From Catajapyx aquilonaris (lineage: Eukaryota), in NCBI GenBank assembly GCA_000934665.2, contig JYFJ02003993.1, positions 1 to 59,477 of the forward strand: a stretch of DNA of 59,477 nt, in the 5' to 3' direction. Made by a program: the position numbers and the translations under genes. The notes beneath the pieces are model-generated. The model was not told the DNA's origin. It made no database searches and saw only the letters and a list, made by a program, of their open reading frames with translations. Shown here piece by piece: positions 48,739 through 59,477 of this stretch. Each line of letters opens with the position of its first letter. Within the stretch, counting starts at the first letter, position 1.

Positions 48739-50344
48739 TATACTAAGGGAGGGGAGATATAAATTCTTTTCCGTGCCACAATTTCACCCTGTCGATTGGG
48801 TGAGATTGGGCCAGCCTATTTAAATGCTTGAAATAAACAGGAAATGAGTCATGGGCATACTGTCCGTACAAATTAGCATCTTTAATATGCGAAAAAAAAT
48901 TTTGAAACATGGTGCAATTTGTTTAAAAAGTGAAGGTGACGAGGCGAGATTGTGCCACTGCTTTTCCCAGTTTTCCCCCATTATTTCGATGATTTTCATG
49001 TGTGACAGTGATGGGAAAGGTTGACGTGAAGAAGATCAGTTGGAAGCTTTGGCAGAAATCATGGCTAACATGCTGCGATGAAAAAAAGCGTAGATAATTG
49101 GATGTGAGCAAAGCGATCAGACGAGGAGTACTGCAGCTAGCGCCACGGCGACGAAAGAGAACATCGAACCTGATCGAATTGGAGTGTGAACTGGAGAATA
49201 AAATCAGATGGTCTACGTCTGCGAAGAACATATGCAGATTTTAAAACCGTCAACTAGTATTTACTACCTTCATTAATGTGGATATTGAAATATTAACTTA
49301 CCTGGTAACGAGAAGCAACCGGCTACTCATGGAAACCAACACTATATCACCAAGTGCAAAACTTGACGAAAATCAAAATTTCAACAATAATTTATTTTAC
49401 GGGCCTTATAGTTATAGCAACAAATCGCGAATTCTCTTCGTGATTGTCAACCTTGTACATTTACCAATGTATTGGAATATGCCTAATTTCGCTAGTTTAC
49501 GCCTGCTGGCAGTAGGGTGCGTCGTTATCCCAAAAAACGTGCTCACTGCTGGGACAATCTCTCCCGGATAGAGGTGACCTTACTGGCGTGCAGGAGGCGG
49601 GAGGGCAGTAGTCGGTGGGGGCAGCGGGCTGTGTCGCAAAGATAGGTCTGTATCCGCAAGGAAGGAAGGTTAGGCTTGGTTAGGTTAGGTTGGTACTACA
49701 GCATACTCCTTCCAAAATCCCAAAAATCAATTTTTGCATCCTTGCCTTTGCGACATAGCCAAGCTGCCCCCAGCCACCACTCACCCTGCCGCCTCCTGCA
49801 TGCCAGTAAGGGTTACTCTTTCCTCTCTCCCTGCATGGCACAATCTCCCCCCGTTTGACGGTATGTCTGCAAGTTTTCGAGTTATAGGGTTTTTCAAATG
49901 GGACATTCTTTTTCGATAACCCTGTATTGCTTTTCAAATGGCAATGTAATTGTATAGATGTAATTAACTTAATTCTCTGACAAACCACACTATTCTCTGT
50001 AGAACGAAATTTAAAATTTCACAATTCAGTGTGTTGCATGTATTGGGGTTTTTCTAGTTATCGGATTTTGCACGAAGTTGTTCTTTTCATGCAGTTTTTT
50101 GCATCCTGATTGAAGTGCCTAATAAATTATTCCTATTATATCACTAGCTGCTATATTCAACCATACCTAGGAATAATTGACACCTCAATCAGGGCACAAA
50201 AAGCTTTTATAAAAATGAGAGAGAAAGTTGCAATAACTAGAAGGACCCCAATACTTGGAACACACAGGGTAACAGTTGTAGTACTTGTATTTTGAAGAAC
50301 TATTTTGGACAAGTTGTATTTTGCAACAATCGCAGAGATTTATA

Positions 50345-50518
50345 CAGTGACGCCTGTCCATAATGGACCCTGAGTATAGGGGAATCTTGTCCATTGCAGA
50401 ATTATTTCCAGGGATGGGCACAGGCATGCAATGAACTTTTGATGGATATAGCAGAAACACGACCATTATGGAAAATTTTTCGGGTCCCATGTGATTACGC
50501 TATACACAAGTTTCACTG
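50345..50518. mobile_element. Small decayed TA-flanked MITE
   Basis: TA|CAGTGA.....TCACTG|TA ends with internal ccataatgga/ccattatgga repeats. Confidence 0.55.
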
Positions 50519-50607
50519 TATATTTAAATCGAGCTAGGACATTGAAAAGTTAGACAATCATTTTCAGGCTTGGCAATTATTAACAATAGCCTTATATCTG
50601 AGCAGCT

Positions 50608-50884
50608 CCCCGCAACTCTCACAATACAGTAGTGTAATTAGAGAGTCCCAGCCAACCTGGAATTTGGTGGCCACAGGCATCTTATGATTCAGGAGGGCAC
50701 TTGAACCAACACAAACCTTTCTTTCCCTGAACCTTCCTTTCCCCACCAGATGGGTCCGGTGGGGATTCACAAATCGCCAGTCAGCCACCCGAATCGTAAG
50801 TTGCCTGTGGGGGCAAATTCCAGGCTGGCGAGGACTCTCTAATTAAACTATAGTCACCATAAAGCTAGGCTGGGAGTTGCGGGG
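50608..50884. repeat. Imperfect inverted-repeat element
   Basis: taattagagagtcc..gccaacctggaatttg..ccacaggca.cttatgattc pairs with gaatcgtaagttgcctgtgg..caaattccaggctggc..ggactctctaatta; the outer ccccgcaactctca / tgggagttgcgggg also pair. Confidence 0.75.
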
Positions 50885-50983
50885 GGTTGTATCTGACAAG
50901 AGAACTTCACGAATATGTAGATGGATTTGCTGAATGAAACTTGGCACAATAATAGAGGCAGGTAAGTCATTGACCAAAATTCA

Positions 50984-51656
50984 AACCGTTTTGGCTGAGA
51001 GCTAAATGGTCAAATGAATGACATCTCGAAGTCATCCCAAACAGCTTACCTTACAAGCAAAGTTTCAGATATTGCGCTCAAAAAAGCATACATTTTATTT
51101 CATCATTGGAAAGGGCTAATTAGTCTGATCAGCAGAGCTCTAAATTGCAACAGTGCATGGGCACAGTCCATGGAGGGAGGCAGATAAGAAATACCACATT
51201 CCTAATCTACCCATATGGGGCTTACAGCAGGTAGGGAAGTGGACCTTCTAAAATAATCCAGGAACTTTTTTAAGCACGTCTCTTTTTGCATTTTTGACAG
51301 CAAATATGAATTCTAAGGTGTCGAAAACCAATATTTTTTTACTCGATTCGTACCAGGCATGTCACAAACAAGCCCACAGAAACCCACTTGTATGTAAAGA
51401 GAAACATGTTGTCATCATATTCGAGCTACTTGTCACATACCTGGCACGAATCGCGTTTGAAAACATAGGTTTTCGACACCTTAGAATTCATATTGGCTTA
51501 TTTTGTTTTGAACACATAATTTAAAACATGCATAAATGCTAATTTGCAAATCTTCTTTTCATCTACCAGTGCTGTACCCTTCCCGCTTAGGCCGCTGTCC
51601 AGGATGGCTTCGAGAGGTCATAACTTTTGACCTTGTATTGCTCAGCCGAAACGGTT
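50984..51656. mobile_element. Foldback-like relic with nested inverted repeats
   Basis: Outer pair aaccgttttggctgag (50984) / ctcagccgaaacggtt (51641); inner perfect 27-bp pair at 51303-51329 and 51468-51494. Confidence 0.7.
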
Positions 51657-51657
51657 A

Positions 51658-51842
51658 GCTTTACTTTACTTTAGTGAGGGCTTAACGTCAGCCTATTTCT
51701 GCTGCTAAGGCTAAACACCAACACCAGGGGGTGGTCCTCCTCCTGGAAATTTGGCCACTCTGGGGATCTTTAACGTGCACTCGCGCAATGTCACAAGCAC
51801 AAGGGACTGACGGCTTTACTTCCCCTCCGAAGGAAGGTGTAC
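51658..51842 (-). mobile_element. SINE fragment with Deu/Nin-domain-like core
   Basis: The minus strand reads ccttccttcggaggggaagtaaagccgtcagtccc...gcacgttaaagatcccc, then gacgttaagccc and an (aaagt)n tail. It resembles the Deu/Nin SINE core as I recall it. Confidence 0.65.
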
Positions 51843-52739
51843 TTTGAATTTCAGTGAATGACGTACCTGCTTATATTATTGTGCCATTCAGCAAATAAAT
51901 CAATAATGTGTGAAGTTCCCTTGCGAGTATCTGAGTACCACGCACATGATAAAAAATTTCCAATTTTGAAAAGAAATCCATATTTTTGAACATTTTGGCA
52001 TTTTGTAATCATTAAGGCTTTCTTTGGCATTGTTTTCATTGTGCCAAATCATGCTCATAATATCATCATGAAACAATCCATGGAGTAGAATGGGCATGTT
52101 GCACTTTGACCTGAGTGCCTAATTTCCAAGAGTCATATGAAGGTCAAATACTGCACTTGTATACATCATCATTTAAATACTTGAAGAAGGGTACTATGTC
52201 GGGGAGGGCCAGGTGGTAAAATATGAGGTAAAAACGACAAAGTGCACAGGTGTCTCACCCAGATGCTTACTCTTACGGGATTTGATCGCCTATTGCACGT
52301 GGACCACGCGTTACTACTGCGTTAGGGACCAAGGCAGGCTTATTCGGAGGCCCTCGAGCTGGCTTTTGCTTCTTTAAAACGGGCGGAGTGGATGTGACAT
52401 CATGAAACTTAAAGGCCTCGTACGCATTAACTACGCACCGGCACCCAAAACTAATTGCACATCCCTATATTAGTTTTGCAAGTACTATCAGTCTACCTGG
52501 CAATTTGGCGCGAGTTTTCCTTCATCCTGTATATGATTACATATCATCATAACTTCCAAAGCAGTTGTAATCTTACTTGGGTACTCACATTATTAGCCTG
52601 TCATTATCAGTTACAATGTTACATTGTTTACCTTGTTGAAAATTATTACTGGCAAGATGATGGCAGTACCCAAGCAAGATTACCACTACCTTAATAATTG
52701 TGGTGATAAAGCATGTCAGTAGAATGATAATATTCTTAC

Positions 52740-52874
52740 CTGAGCAGCTGAGATGATTTGTCTTGCATACTTGGTGGATAAATGCTCCACTGCAGTTACC
52801 AGTGCTTTGGGATCCGCATCTGCCACATCCTTTAGGGTCCTGAATCCAGCATTATACATTTGCCGAGCTCTCCC
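52740..52874 (-). CDS. HELQ: HELQ exon, helix-hairpin-helix region
   Basis: Acceptor ctttcCAG|; GRARQMYNAGFRTLKDVADADPKALVTAVEHLSTKYARQIISAAQ; donor CAG|GTAAGA. Contains the HEL308-family GRA.QLY.AG motif. Confidence 0.96.
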
Positions 52875-53006
52875 CTGGAAAGAACCCATGAAAAACATCT
52901 TGACATGAAAAGAATACCATAATAATTATGAAATATATAAAATATGCCTTAAGAATTATGTTTACCCCTAGGATAGACCAGCAGGCAGCAGACAGGTAAT
53001 ACACTA

Positions 53007-53914
53007 CGAGGTGTGATCGAAAAGTTCCCGGACTGTGTTCATAAAAACATTAATATTTACTTTAAGTCCTCATTTCCACTGCCACCTTCAAAGTAGTCAC
53101 CTTGGGCACGTATACAACAATTCCAGCGAATTTCCCATTTTTGGAAGCACAAAAAAAAAAGGTCAACAGTTAGTGTGTTCAACACCTGCTGCGATTTTGC
53201 TTCGACCTCCTTAGTGGAGTCAAAATGCCTCCTTTTCTACCCAAATTTCATTTTAGGGAAGAGGTAGAAATCACATAGTGCCAGGACAAACGAATATAAA
53301 GGGTGGGGAACAGTGGTCATGTAATTTTTTATCAGGAAGTCCCTGACTACGCGTGAGGTGTGTGTATGGGGCATTGTCATGGTGCAACAATCAGCCTCTG
53401 TTCTCCCACATCTCCGGCCATTTCAGCCTAAATCGTCTCAAACCATCGAAGTAAGACTTGCCGTTGACAGTTTTACCAGGAGGGAGAAACTCCATATGCA
53501 CAATTCCTAAAATGTCAAAGAAAATGATCAGCATTGAGTTGATTTTGCCGCGCACTTGGCGCGCCACCTTTGAAGCTGTTAAACCACTCATATGTTATTG
53601 CTTGTCTTACAACTTGCTCATAAAAAGCCTTGTTCAGCATTCGGTTGGTTGCATCCGAAGTTTTGTTGAGCTGGTAGCAAAATTTAATACAAATCTTTTG
53701 CTCCCTAACATCAGCCATTTCGAAAAATCGCAGAAGCACAAGAACAAGGTGTCAAGAAAACTTCCGAAACCCGGAAACATGTGTACCTATGAAGACGAGA
53801 TTTTTCAGACTAATAGATGAAAGGTGCACCTAGCGCCCCCTAACGTCACAAGTTCATAGCTCCACTGGTTTGCACGGGATATCGACAGTCCGGGAACTTT
53901 TTGATCACACCTCG
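53007..53914 (-). mobile_element. Internally deleted, decayed mariner transposon
   Basis: TA-flanked 30-bp TIRs CGAGGTGTGATC(G/A)AAAAGTTCCCGGACTGT. Transposase remnants MADVREQKICIKFC..., SMLIIFFDILGIVHMEFLPPGKTVNGKSY... and ...FQKWEIRWNCCIRAQGDYFEG. Confidence 0.93.
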
Positions 53915-54412
53915 TATTAACTGATTTCACTTGAGTGACACAAGTGAAAACTGTCAGGAGGAAAAAAATGTAAAAGAGCAATAACCAAGGAGGAAAATAC
54001 TATCAGGAAAAGTTATTACTATAGTGATTCAGACATAACATTAAGATACTGTAAAGGCATTTCAAAATGTTGTAGGAGCTTTGTCAACAAACAGATTCCC
54101 TTAATTCTAATTGTATGTCATGCTCCTGATTTTATTTAGGTACAGGCTTAAACCCAATTTTGAATATACTAGTGAACAAAACCGGGCTCTGTCACCATAC
54201 CATACTATACTACTGTCAATAAAGCAGTGAACTGTGATACCCTTGTCTGAGGCCACATTTGGGTAACTTAGGCAAAAGTGGCAGGAAAACACAGGACTCT
54301 TTACTTTCATCTAGGTGCATCTAGTGACTACCCTGTCTTATGCTCTCAGACAGATGTCGAAATAATGCACCATGCAATGCACCCCCAAAAAATAACAATA
54401 ATAGTAACTGAC

Positions 54413-54700
54413 CAGCTTGACAGCAGGAAGCTCCATAAGAGGAACCAGTTCTGCTCTGCAACAGTGTGATAGTCTCTGTGTAAAATTTCCCAGCAGATCG
54501 TGGAATGCCCAGAACTCAGTAAATTCCTGGCTAAAGTGAAACACAGATGATCCAAAGGAAGCAGCACTACCCACAAGGCTCTGTACCAGACCACGAGGGA
54601 CTTGATATTTTTCTGCAACGCTCCACACAGTGGAAAGGTTCCACAGTTCCAGAAGAAGAAGAGCTATATAAAAGCGGTGGAGGACAAACTCACTCACTGC
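54413..54700 (-). CDS. HELQ: HELQ internal exon
   Basis: Acceptor ttccctCAG|; AVSEFVLHRFYIALLLLELWNLSTVWSVAEKYQVPRGLVQSLVGSAASFGSSVFHFSQEFTEFWAF...CCRAELVPLMELPAVKL; donor CTG|GTCAGT. Colinear with the HELQ C-terminal region (W.V.EKF..PRG..Q.L...ASF...HF.EE..EFW...AEL.PLME). Confidence 0.97.
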
Positions 54701-55562
54701 CTGAGGGAAGAAGACAATAAACAAAAAATTTAACATGTCTGAAATAAAATAATGTTACTTGGTGGCGCACACTATTGCCCTTACAGTGTTAAATACTGGA
54801 GCAAAGAAACAATGGAAAACGAAATGTTGGTGGGGGAGTGGGGGATGGTGGTATGGGATCTAAAAATGGGGATAATGGGGGCGGGGGGAATCAAGGTAGA
54901 AGGGATTTGGAGCTGGCAGAGCGGCTCCCGGCAAATGCGCGCAGCCAAAATTCGGATGTTTCTGTCGCTCATATCTCGGAAACGGCTGGACGTTGCGAGC
55001 TAAAACTTTCACCACTGTGTCTATCGCACATGAATGACCCCTCAAGCAAGTTTAAACCAAATCGGAGGTGTCCCACCTTGACCGTTCCCATGTAAGATAT
55101 CTGCTATCTACAAAACCACTAAGCATAGGAACTTGGTGTATGGCTCACTACCAGCCCAGGAAACATGCAACAACAAGATGCATTTGTGATGGGCAAATTA
55201 TGCAATATCACTGTTGAAAGAAACAACAGATGTGGCCTGCATCTTCTGCATTGTCAAATGCATTGTTGCTTACAACAAGGAAATCCAATAAACCACCCAA
55301 CCTAAATGCATCTTGCCAAAATAACATTATTTCATGTGTCCTTTGTGTGGTAGCAAGCAAACTTCAAGTCCCTGTGCTTGCAATATATCACATGCTTGCT
55401 TATAAACAATTAAGTCTTTGCTGCAATTCACTTTTAAAATGGTTTCTGGATAGACAAATATCCAGTTAATAATTGAGCCAGAGGACAATTTTTTAGCTTG
55501 GATAAACATGATCACACTATCATTGTTTCTTGACAGCTTCTGAAGAGTACTTAATAAATGAG

Positions 55563-55640
55563 AGAACAGGTTCAAATTTCATCATGTGCCCAGTTATTTA
55601 AAAAATCACATCATAAAATGATGAAATTTGAACCTGTTCT
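55563..55640. repeat. Perfect 23-bp inverted repeat with a 32-nt spacer
   Basis: agaacaggttcaaatttcatcat ... atgatgaaatttgaacctgttct. Confidence 0.88.
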
Positions 55641-55699
55641 GGTTTCACATCTATTCATGTGAAACCAGATCTTTCCTTATAAAGATAGTGAATACTTGC

Positions 55700-55795
55700 C
55701 TTCACTACTTTTCCCTGAGCTACTTGCACAACACAAGATTCAGTGATCCCTATTGTCCTTGCGGCTTGAAGTTCTGCTGACCCTAGTTTCATGTA
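55700..55795 (-). CDS. HELQ: HELQ internal exon with probable GC donor
   Basis: Acceptor tacccCAG|; YMKLGSAELQAARTIGITESCVVQVAQGKVVK; best phase-0 donor is AAG|GCAAGT. Confidence 0.85.
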
Positions 55796-55868
55796 CTGGG
55801 GGTAAAGGGGGGAAAAAAGAGCTTTAAAGACTTGTGTCACATGAATTTAAAGCGACAAAGACACTCAC

Positions 55869-56098
55869 CACATCATAGAATACAAGTGGGGACAGCACCA
55901 CACTACCCACCACATCATATGGGGTGAGTAAATAAAGGAGATGCAAAGGAGTTTGCAGCACGAGTCCAGCCTGTGCTACTACTAAATCTGTGTAGAGCTG
56001 GGAGGCAAGGTCAGGGTCAACACAACCTTTTACTGCTGCTCTACCCAGCTTGGTAACTGCCAAACCGGTGGAGTTGTTGACTATACCTTCATCCTCAC
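55869..56098 (-). CDS. HELQ: HELQ internal exon
   Basis: Acceptor tttttgCAG|GT; LAVTKLGRAAVKGCVD...LYTDL...GLVLQTPLHLLYLLTPYD; donor GTG|GTGAGT. Matches the HELQ/POLQ motif T.LGRA..KG...LHL.YL.TPYD. Confidence 0.95.
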
Positions 56099-57407
56099 CT
56101 GCAAAAAGAAAATGATTCCTTTTCAATATACATGACCTGTTTATAATATCATGATAGGGAATTTTTGTAACATTACATCATGCAATTATTATTAAAGCAT
56201 TTTTCAATATTTTGAGACACTGACTTATTTTCAACAGAGGTGGTATCCACTAGTGTGTAAGGCATCACATGATCTATCAATTACTCTTTTAATTTATCAG
56301 CTGTTGTAGTGTAAGTGGTGAGTAGTGCATTACAACCTTATACTCTCCAATCAGAATGTGAACCAGAGCTTGCATCGGAATACACGAATGCAATGCATAC
56401 TGGTGTTATACACCAATTCTACACCATCTGATGAACAAAGAGGCTTAATAAGAGTTGGATTTAATTCCTGCAACAAGTTTCTTAGTTCTAGTTGGTTTCT
56501 GCAGCTTTCCTTCCCCTTCCCCAGGCTGGTTCAGTCATCATCTGCAAAAAAGCCCCAAAATAGGCCTCATCCATTTCCATTTTTCAATCCTTTATATCCA
56601 TCTTCACCAGCAAAATACACGCAGAATGCTTTTACTCGTAAAATATCCCAGTGATCCCTCTGTTATCAAAGATGATAAATGAAGTGCCCTTTTTTTCGAC
56701 TCACAGCGCCCTGCCCTTTTCCAATCCTAGAATGAACTCTGATTATTATATAATATGTGTCTGTTTTGTGTTTCAGAAGAGGAGCCTCCCAAGGGATAAA
56801 GGCATAAAGGGGCACAGATCCCGTGGACAGACTATGTAGGCTTCGAAAGTCTGAAATACGAAGATTTTGGATAACTTGAAAACTATGGTCAATCTTTAGC
56901 ACGCTCTAGCGGCCAAACGAAAAAGCTAGCGAGCTGGTTCTAGTCTTATCATTTAGGAAATTCTATCAGCTTTCATTTTGATAGAAAGCGATTTTTCTCT
57001 AGGATGCATCGTTTCAGAGTTATAAGCGGAAAACTCAAACAACTTCCAAAATTTCATGGTTTTTCGCAATTTTTATGGTGAAGTCATATCCGAATCTAGT
57101 CGATAACTGGATTTTCAGATTCAGCACCCCAAAAAACATAGATCCGTCGAGAAAAATTCTTCAGCAATTTTTCCCTGTCCAAACTACCAAATGACTGGAC
57201 TAAGTGGGCAATGGGTCACATAACTTAGGGGTGTTTAACTCTTTATGAAGCAGCTAATCAGGCTCCAGCATGCCAATTTCCAGCTCCCTAGGAAGTCGGA
57301 GCAAACAAACTTTGGGCTTTACATCAAGAGGTGTTGCTCGAACTTGTGACTAAAAGGCAGATTTTGTAGTTAGGATTGCCCTCACCCTCTCTCTCCCCCC
57401 CCCCTCN

Positions 57408-57470
<63 letters not shown>
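57408..57470. repeat. (GA)n microsatellite
   Basis: Directly visible. Confidence 0.95.
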
Positions 57471-57475
<5 letters not shown>

Positions 57476-57555
57476 TGAAGTACAGTCACAATTATTATTC
57501 CCCTTTTGCTCAAGCACAATTTATCAGTGACACCAGGAGTAAACCTGTGCTTTAA

Positions 57556-58171
57556 CCCTCGGACAGTGACGTGGGCACTTTTTGTGACCAAGGCCACTAG
57601 TTTTGCTATAACATTGAAAATATAGCGCCTATGAGCTTCACCTTCCTTTGATTCCTTCCGCTTCCTTCCGATTAGTTAAAATATTTGAGCAAATAGCATG
57701 ACCAGGAAAAAATAAATTACGCACCGATGTGTATAGTTGGGGCCAGGAGAGCCAAGACTGCATTCCAAGAATTACTCACAGCTGGCTTACTGAGGGGGAC
57801 CTGACCTTATCGGTAGTGATTCATGAAGATGTGGAAAACTCATGTTATTGTAAAATGTAGCTAGCCTTCCCGCAACTTGAAAAATCAGGGGAACAACGCC
57901 CTAAGTCTCAAATTGATAGTGGGCTCTCAAAAGGAAACCAGTCCGGCATCGGTGCCGCAGGCACAAATTTGCCTCAACTACGGATCGGTGCACAATATAT
58001 ATTTTTACGATTGTACTATTTGCTCAAAAAATTCGAACTAAATGCCATTTATTGCAGAAGGAATCAAGCCATATATTGTCTCAAAGAAAAAGCCCAAATG
58101 TGCTATATATCCCATGTTATAACTGAAATTGTAATGTGGGCACTTTTTGTGACCACGTCACCGTCATAGGG
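57556..58171. mobile_element. piggyBac-type MITE
   Basis: TTAA|CCCTCGGACAGTGACGTGG ... CCACGTCACCGTCATAGGG|TTAA, with a subterminal direct repeat gtgggcacttttt(t)gtgacca at both ends. Confidence 0.85.
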
Positions 58172-58237
58172 TTAAAAGTTGCGTTTCTTTGAATGTAGTG
58201 ACTGTGGAGATGAATGAACGAGATGTTATAGACCAAC

Positions 58238-58502
58238 CTCCTTCACCAGACAAAATCTGCTTGATCATCTTCTTAGACAGGAGGCGATCCAGTGCTTGCT
58301 GCACTAAGTCTTTGATCCTCACTTCACATCGGTGGGCCTGCACACTGAGCAGGGTGTAAGAGGCTATTTCTATTGCCTGCTGGGTATCAGCCACCATCCC
58401 AAGACTGACTACACTCAAAAACAGCTGCTGGATGCCCCTCCCTTCATGATGGTGAAGGGAGGTTACACATTCCTCCACTGGGGATGCTATCAGAGCTGAA
58501 AC
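58238..58502 (-). CDS. HELQ: HELQ (helicase POLQ-like, mus301) internal exon; upstream exons lie outside the window
   Basis: Acceptor ttgctCAG|; VSALIASPVEECVTSLHHHEGRGIQQLFLSVVSLG...YTLLSVQ...QQALDRLLSKKMI. Best phase-1 donor is GAG|GTTGGT; the alternative TCTG|GTGAAG is 9 nt earlier, so the 3' boundary is slightly uncertain. Confidence 0.88.
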
Positions 58503-58521
58503 CTGAGCAAAGCCATTATTT

Positions 58522-58882
58522 ATTATTTATTTTCTTATTTTATTATTTTTTACTCCATTAGAGGGAGCTGAGCCCATTTAGGGCCGGGTGGGTTACCAGA
58601 ATTTTCTGTTTTTTTTTCTAACTCTGGTGCAGGGAAATGCAAGTACAATGGGTAAGGATAGGGATTGTTGGGGAGGGAACGTAGCCACGTAGGTGCAAGT
58701 GCAACACCAACCGACAAATGAGTCATGTGCTGTTCCCCAGGAGGTTAGGTTGCCAGACACCTCCCAGGTGTGGGTCATAAACCCTCCCGACGCAGGTGAA
58801 AGGGAACTCCCGGGTGGGGATCGAACGTGGGACCTTTCACTCAGCAAGCCGAGACGTTACCATCTCGGTCACCACACCTCCC
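58522..58882 (-). mobile_element. tRNA-derived SINE, family A
   Basis: Highly similar to 15416-15764 (gtgaccgagatggtaacgtctcggcttgctgagtgaaaggtccc...cctgggaggtgtctggcaaccta.cctcctggggaacagcacatga), flanked by the direct repeat ccattattt. Confidence 0.9.
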
Positions 58883-58924
58883 CATTATTTATTTATTTAT
58901 CATCAATCATCATTATTATTATTA

Positions 58925-59477
58925 CAGGGTGGACGGAAAGTTTCTCCCCTGATAGTTCACTTACTGTGTTGTCATGATTAGTGATGGAGTTCTAAATGCT
59001 ACAGAGAAACTACTACTAGTCCCTTACGTTTCATATTCCCACACACCATTACCCCCAGTTCCTTTCTTCTTAACCCCTTCAGCCCCAGATTGGCCTGAAC
59101 CACACAGTTTTCGGCTTACGCGTACTCCGAAGATACGGACAAGATATTTTGAAAATAATAACAGCTATACTTACGAGATCTGGGTAAACCCTATGAATGT
59201 GTCTGGAACCATTTTACTCGTCTAGAAGTCCCTAAATAAATTTCCAAAAAAGGGCTATAATAACTCGAAATTGGACTACTGCCGCCCAACTTTTAGGCTG
59301 ATTTAATTATGAAATGCGTGAAAATATGCGGAATAACAACTTTGAGAACCATACCAGAGGAATTTGCTGAAATCGTCGTACTTTGCGAGAAATAAATTAA
59401 TACTTATTTGCGGCTTTCTGGCACTTCGGAAAACTTCGGAAAACTCCCAAATTTATTTGTTTCTCATGAAGTACGAC
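58925..59477. mobile_element. Left ends of DNA-transposon relics: a Tc1-like TIR, then a TTAA-CCCC piggyBac-like end near 59070
   Basis: TA|CAGGGTGGACGGAAAGTTTC is the reverse complement of the TIR end at window positions 8-30. The right ends are not in the window. Confidence 0.5.

Larger units (their letters stand above)
48178..49861. mobile_element. Non-autonomous TA-flanked DNA transposon of about 1.7 kb containing nested insertions
   Basis: TA|CCGTCAAACGGGGGGAGATTGTGCCA ... TGGCACAATCTCCCCCCGTTTGACGG|TA (26-bp perfect TIR); the motif gagattgtgccact recurs internally near 48946. Confidence 0.85.

Noticed and set aside
51760..51842. Hammerhead ribozyme suggested by ctgacgg...ccgaa
   Set aside because: No CUGANGA/GAAA core with proper stems; better explained as a SINE core on the opposite strand. 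Other CTGATGA/CTGAAGA sites I checked also lacked stem II plus GAAA.
56340..56660. Possible extra HELQ exon after tttttgCAG near 56543
   Set aside because: All frames from this acceptor reach early stops, and the flanking exons already join in phase.

Overview
Eukaryotic (invertebrate, most likely arthropod) genomic DNA carrying parts of two spliced genes in tandem on the minus strand. (1) The last six coding exons of a HELQ/mus301 helicase gene lie at 58502->47399; one intron probably uses a GC donor. (2) The first five coding exons of a CrebA (CREB3L1/OASIS-family bZIP) gene lie at 43255->2009, with a 34.4 kb first intron; the bZIP-encoding exons fall outside the window. The exon frames join through compatible splice phases. 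Introns and intergenic DNA hold decayed mariner elements; Tc1/mariner-, piggyBac-, PIF/Harbinger- and hAT-type MITEs; three kinds of SINE (one with a V-domain-like core, one with a Deu/Nin-like core); truncated (TTA)n-tailed retroelements with target-site duplications; and many long fold-back palindromes. Most ORFs in the supplied track are spurious. The most interesting leads, all hypotheses, are: candidate phase-0 alternative micro first exons of CrebA inside intron 1, one next to a CRE, which would drop the N-terminal acidic motif; recurrent CTCF-like motifs in unrelated elements; a sharp CpG-rich/CpG-poor mosaic; and a perfect 74-bp inverted duplication between the two genes. Family assignments come from my recognition of motifs, not from database searches, and no clearly new multi-gene system is evident.
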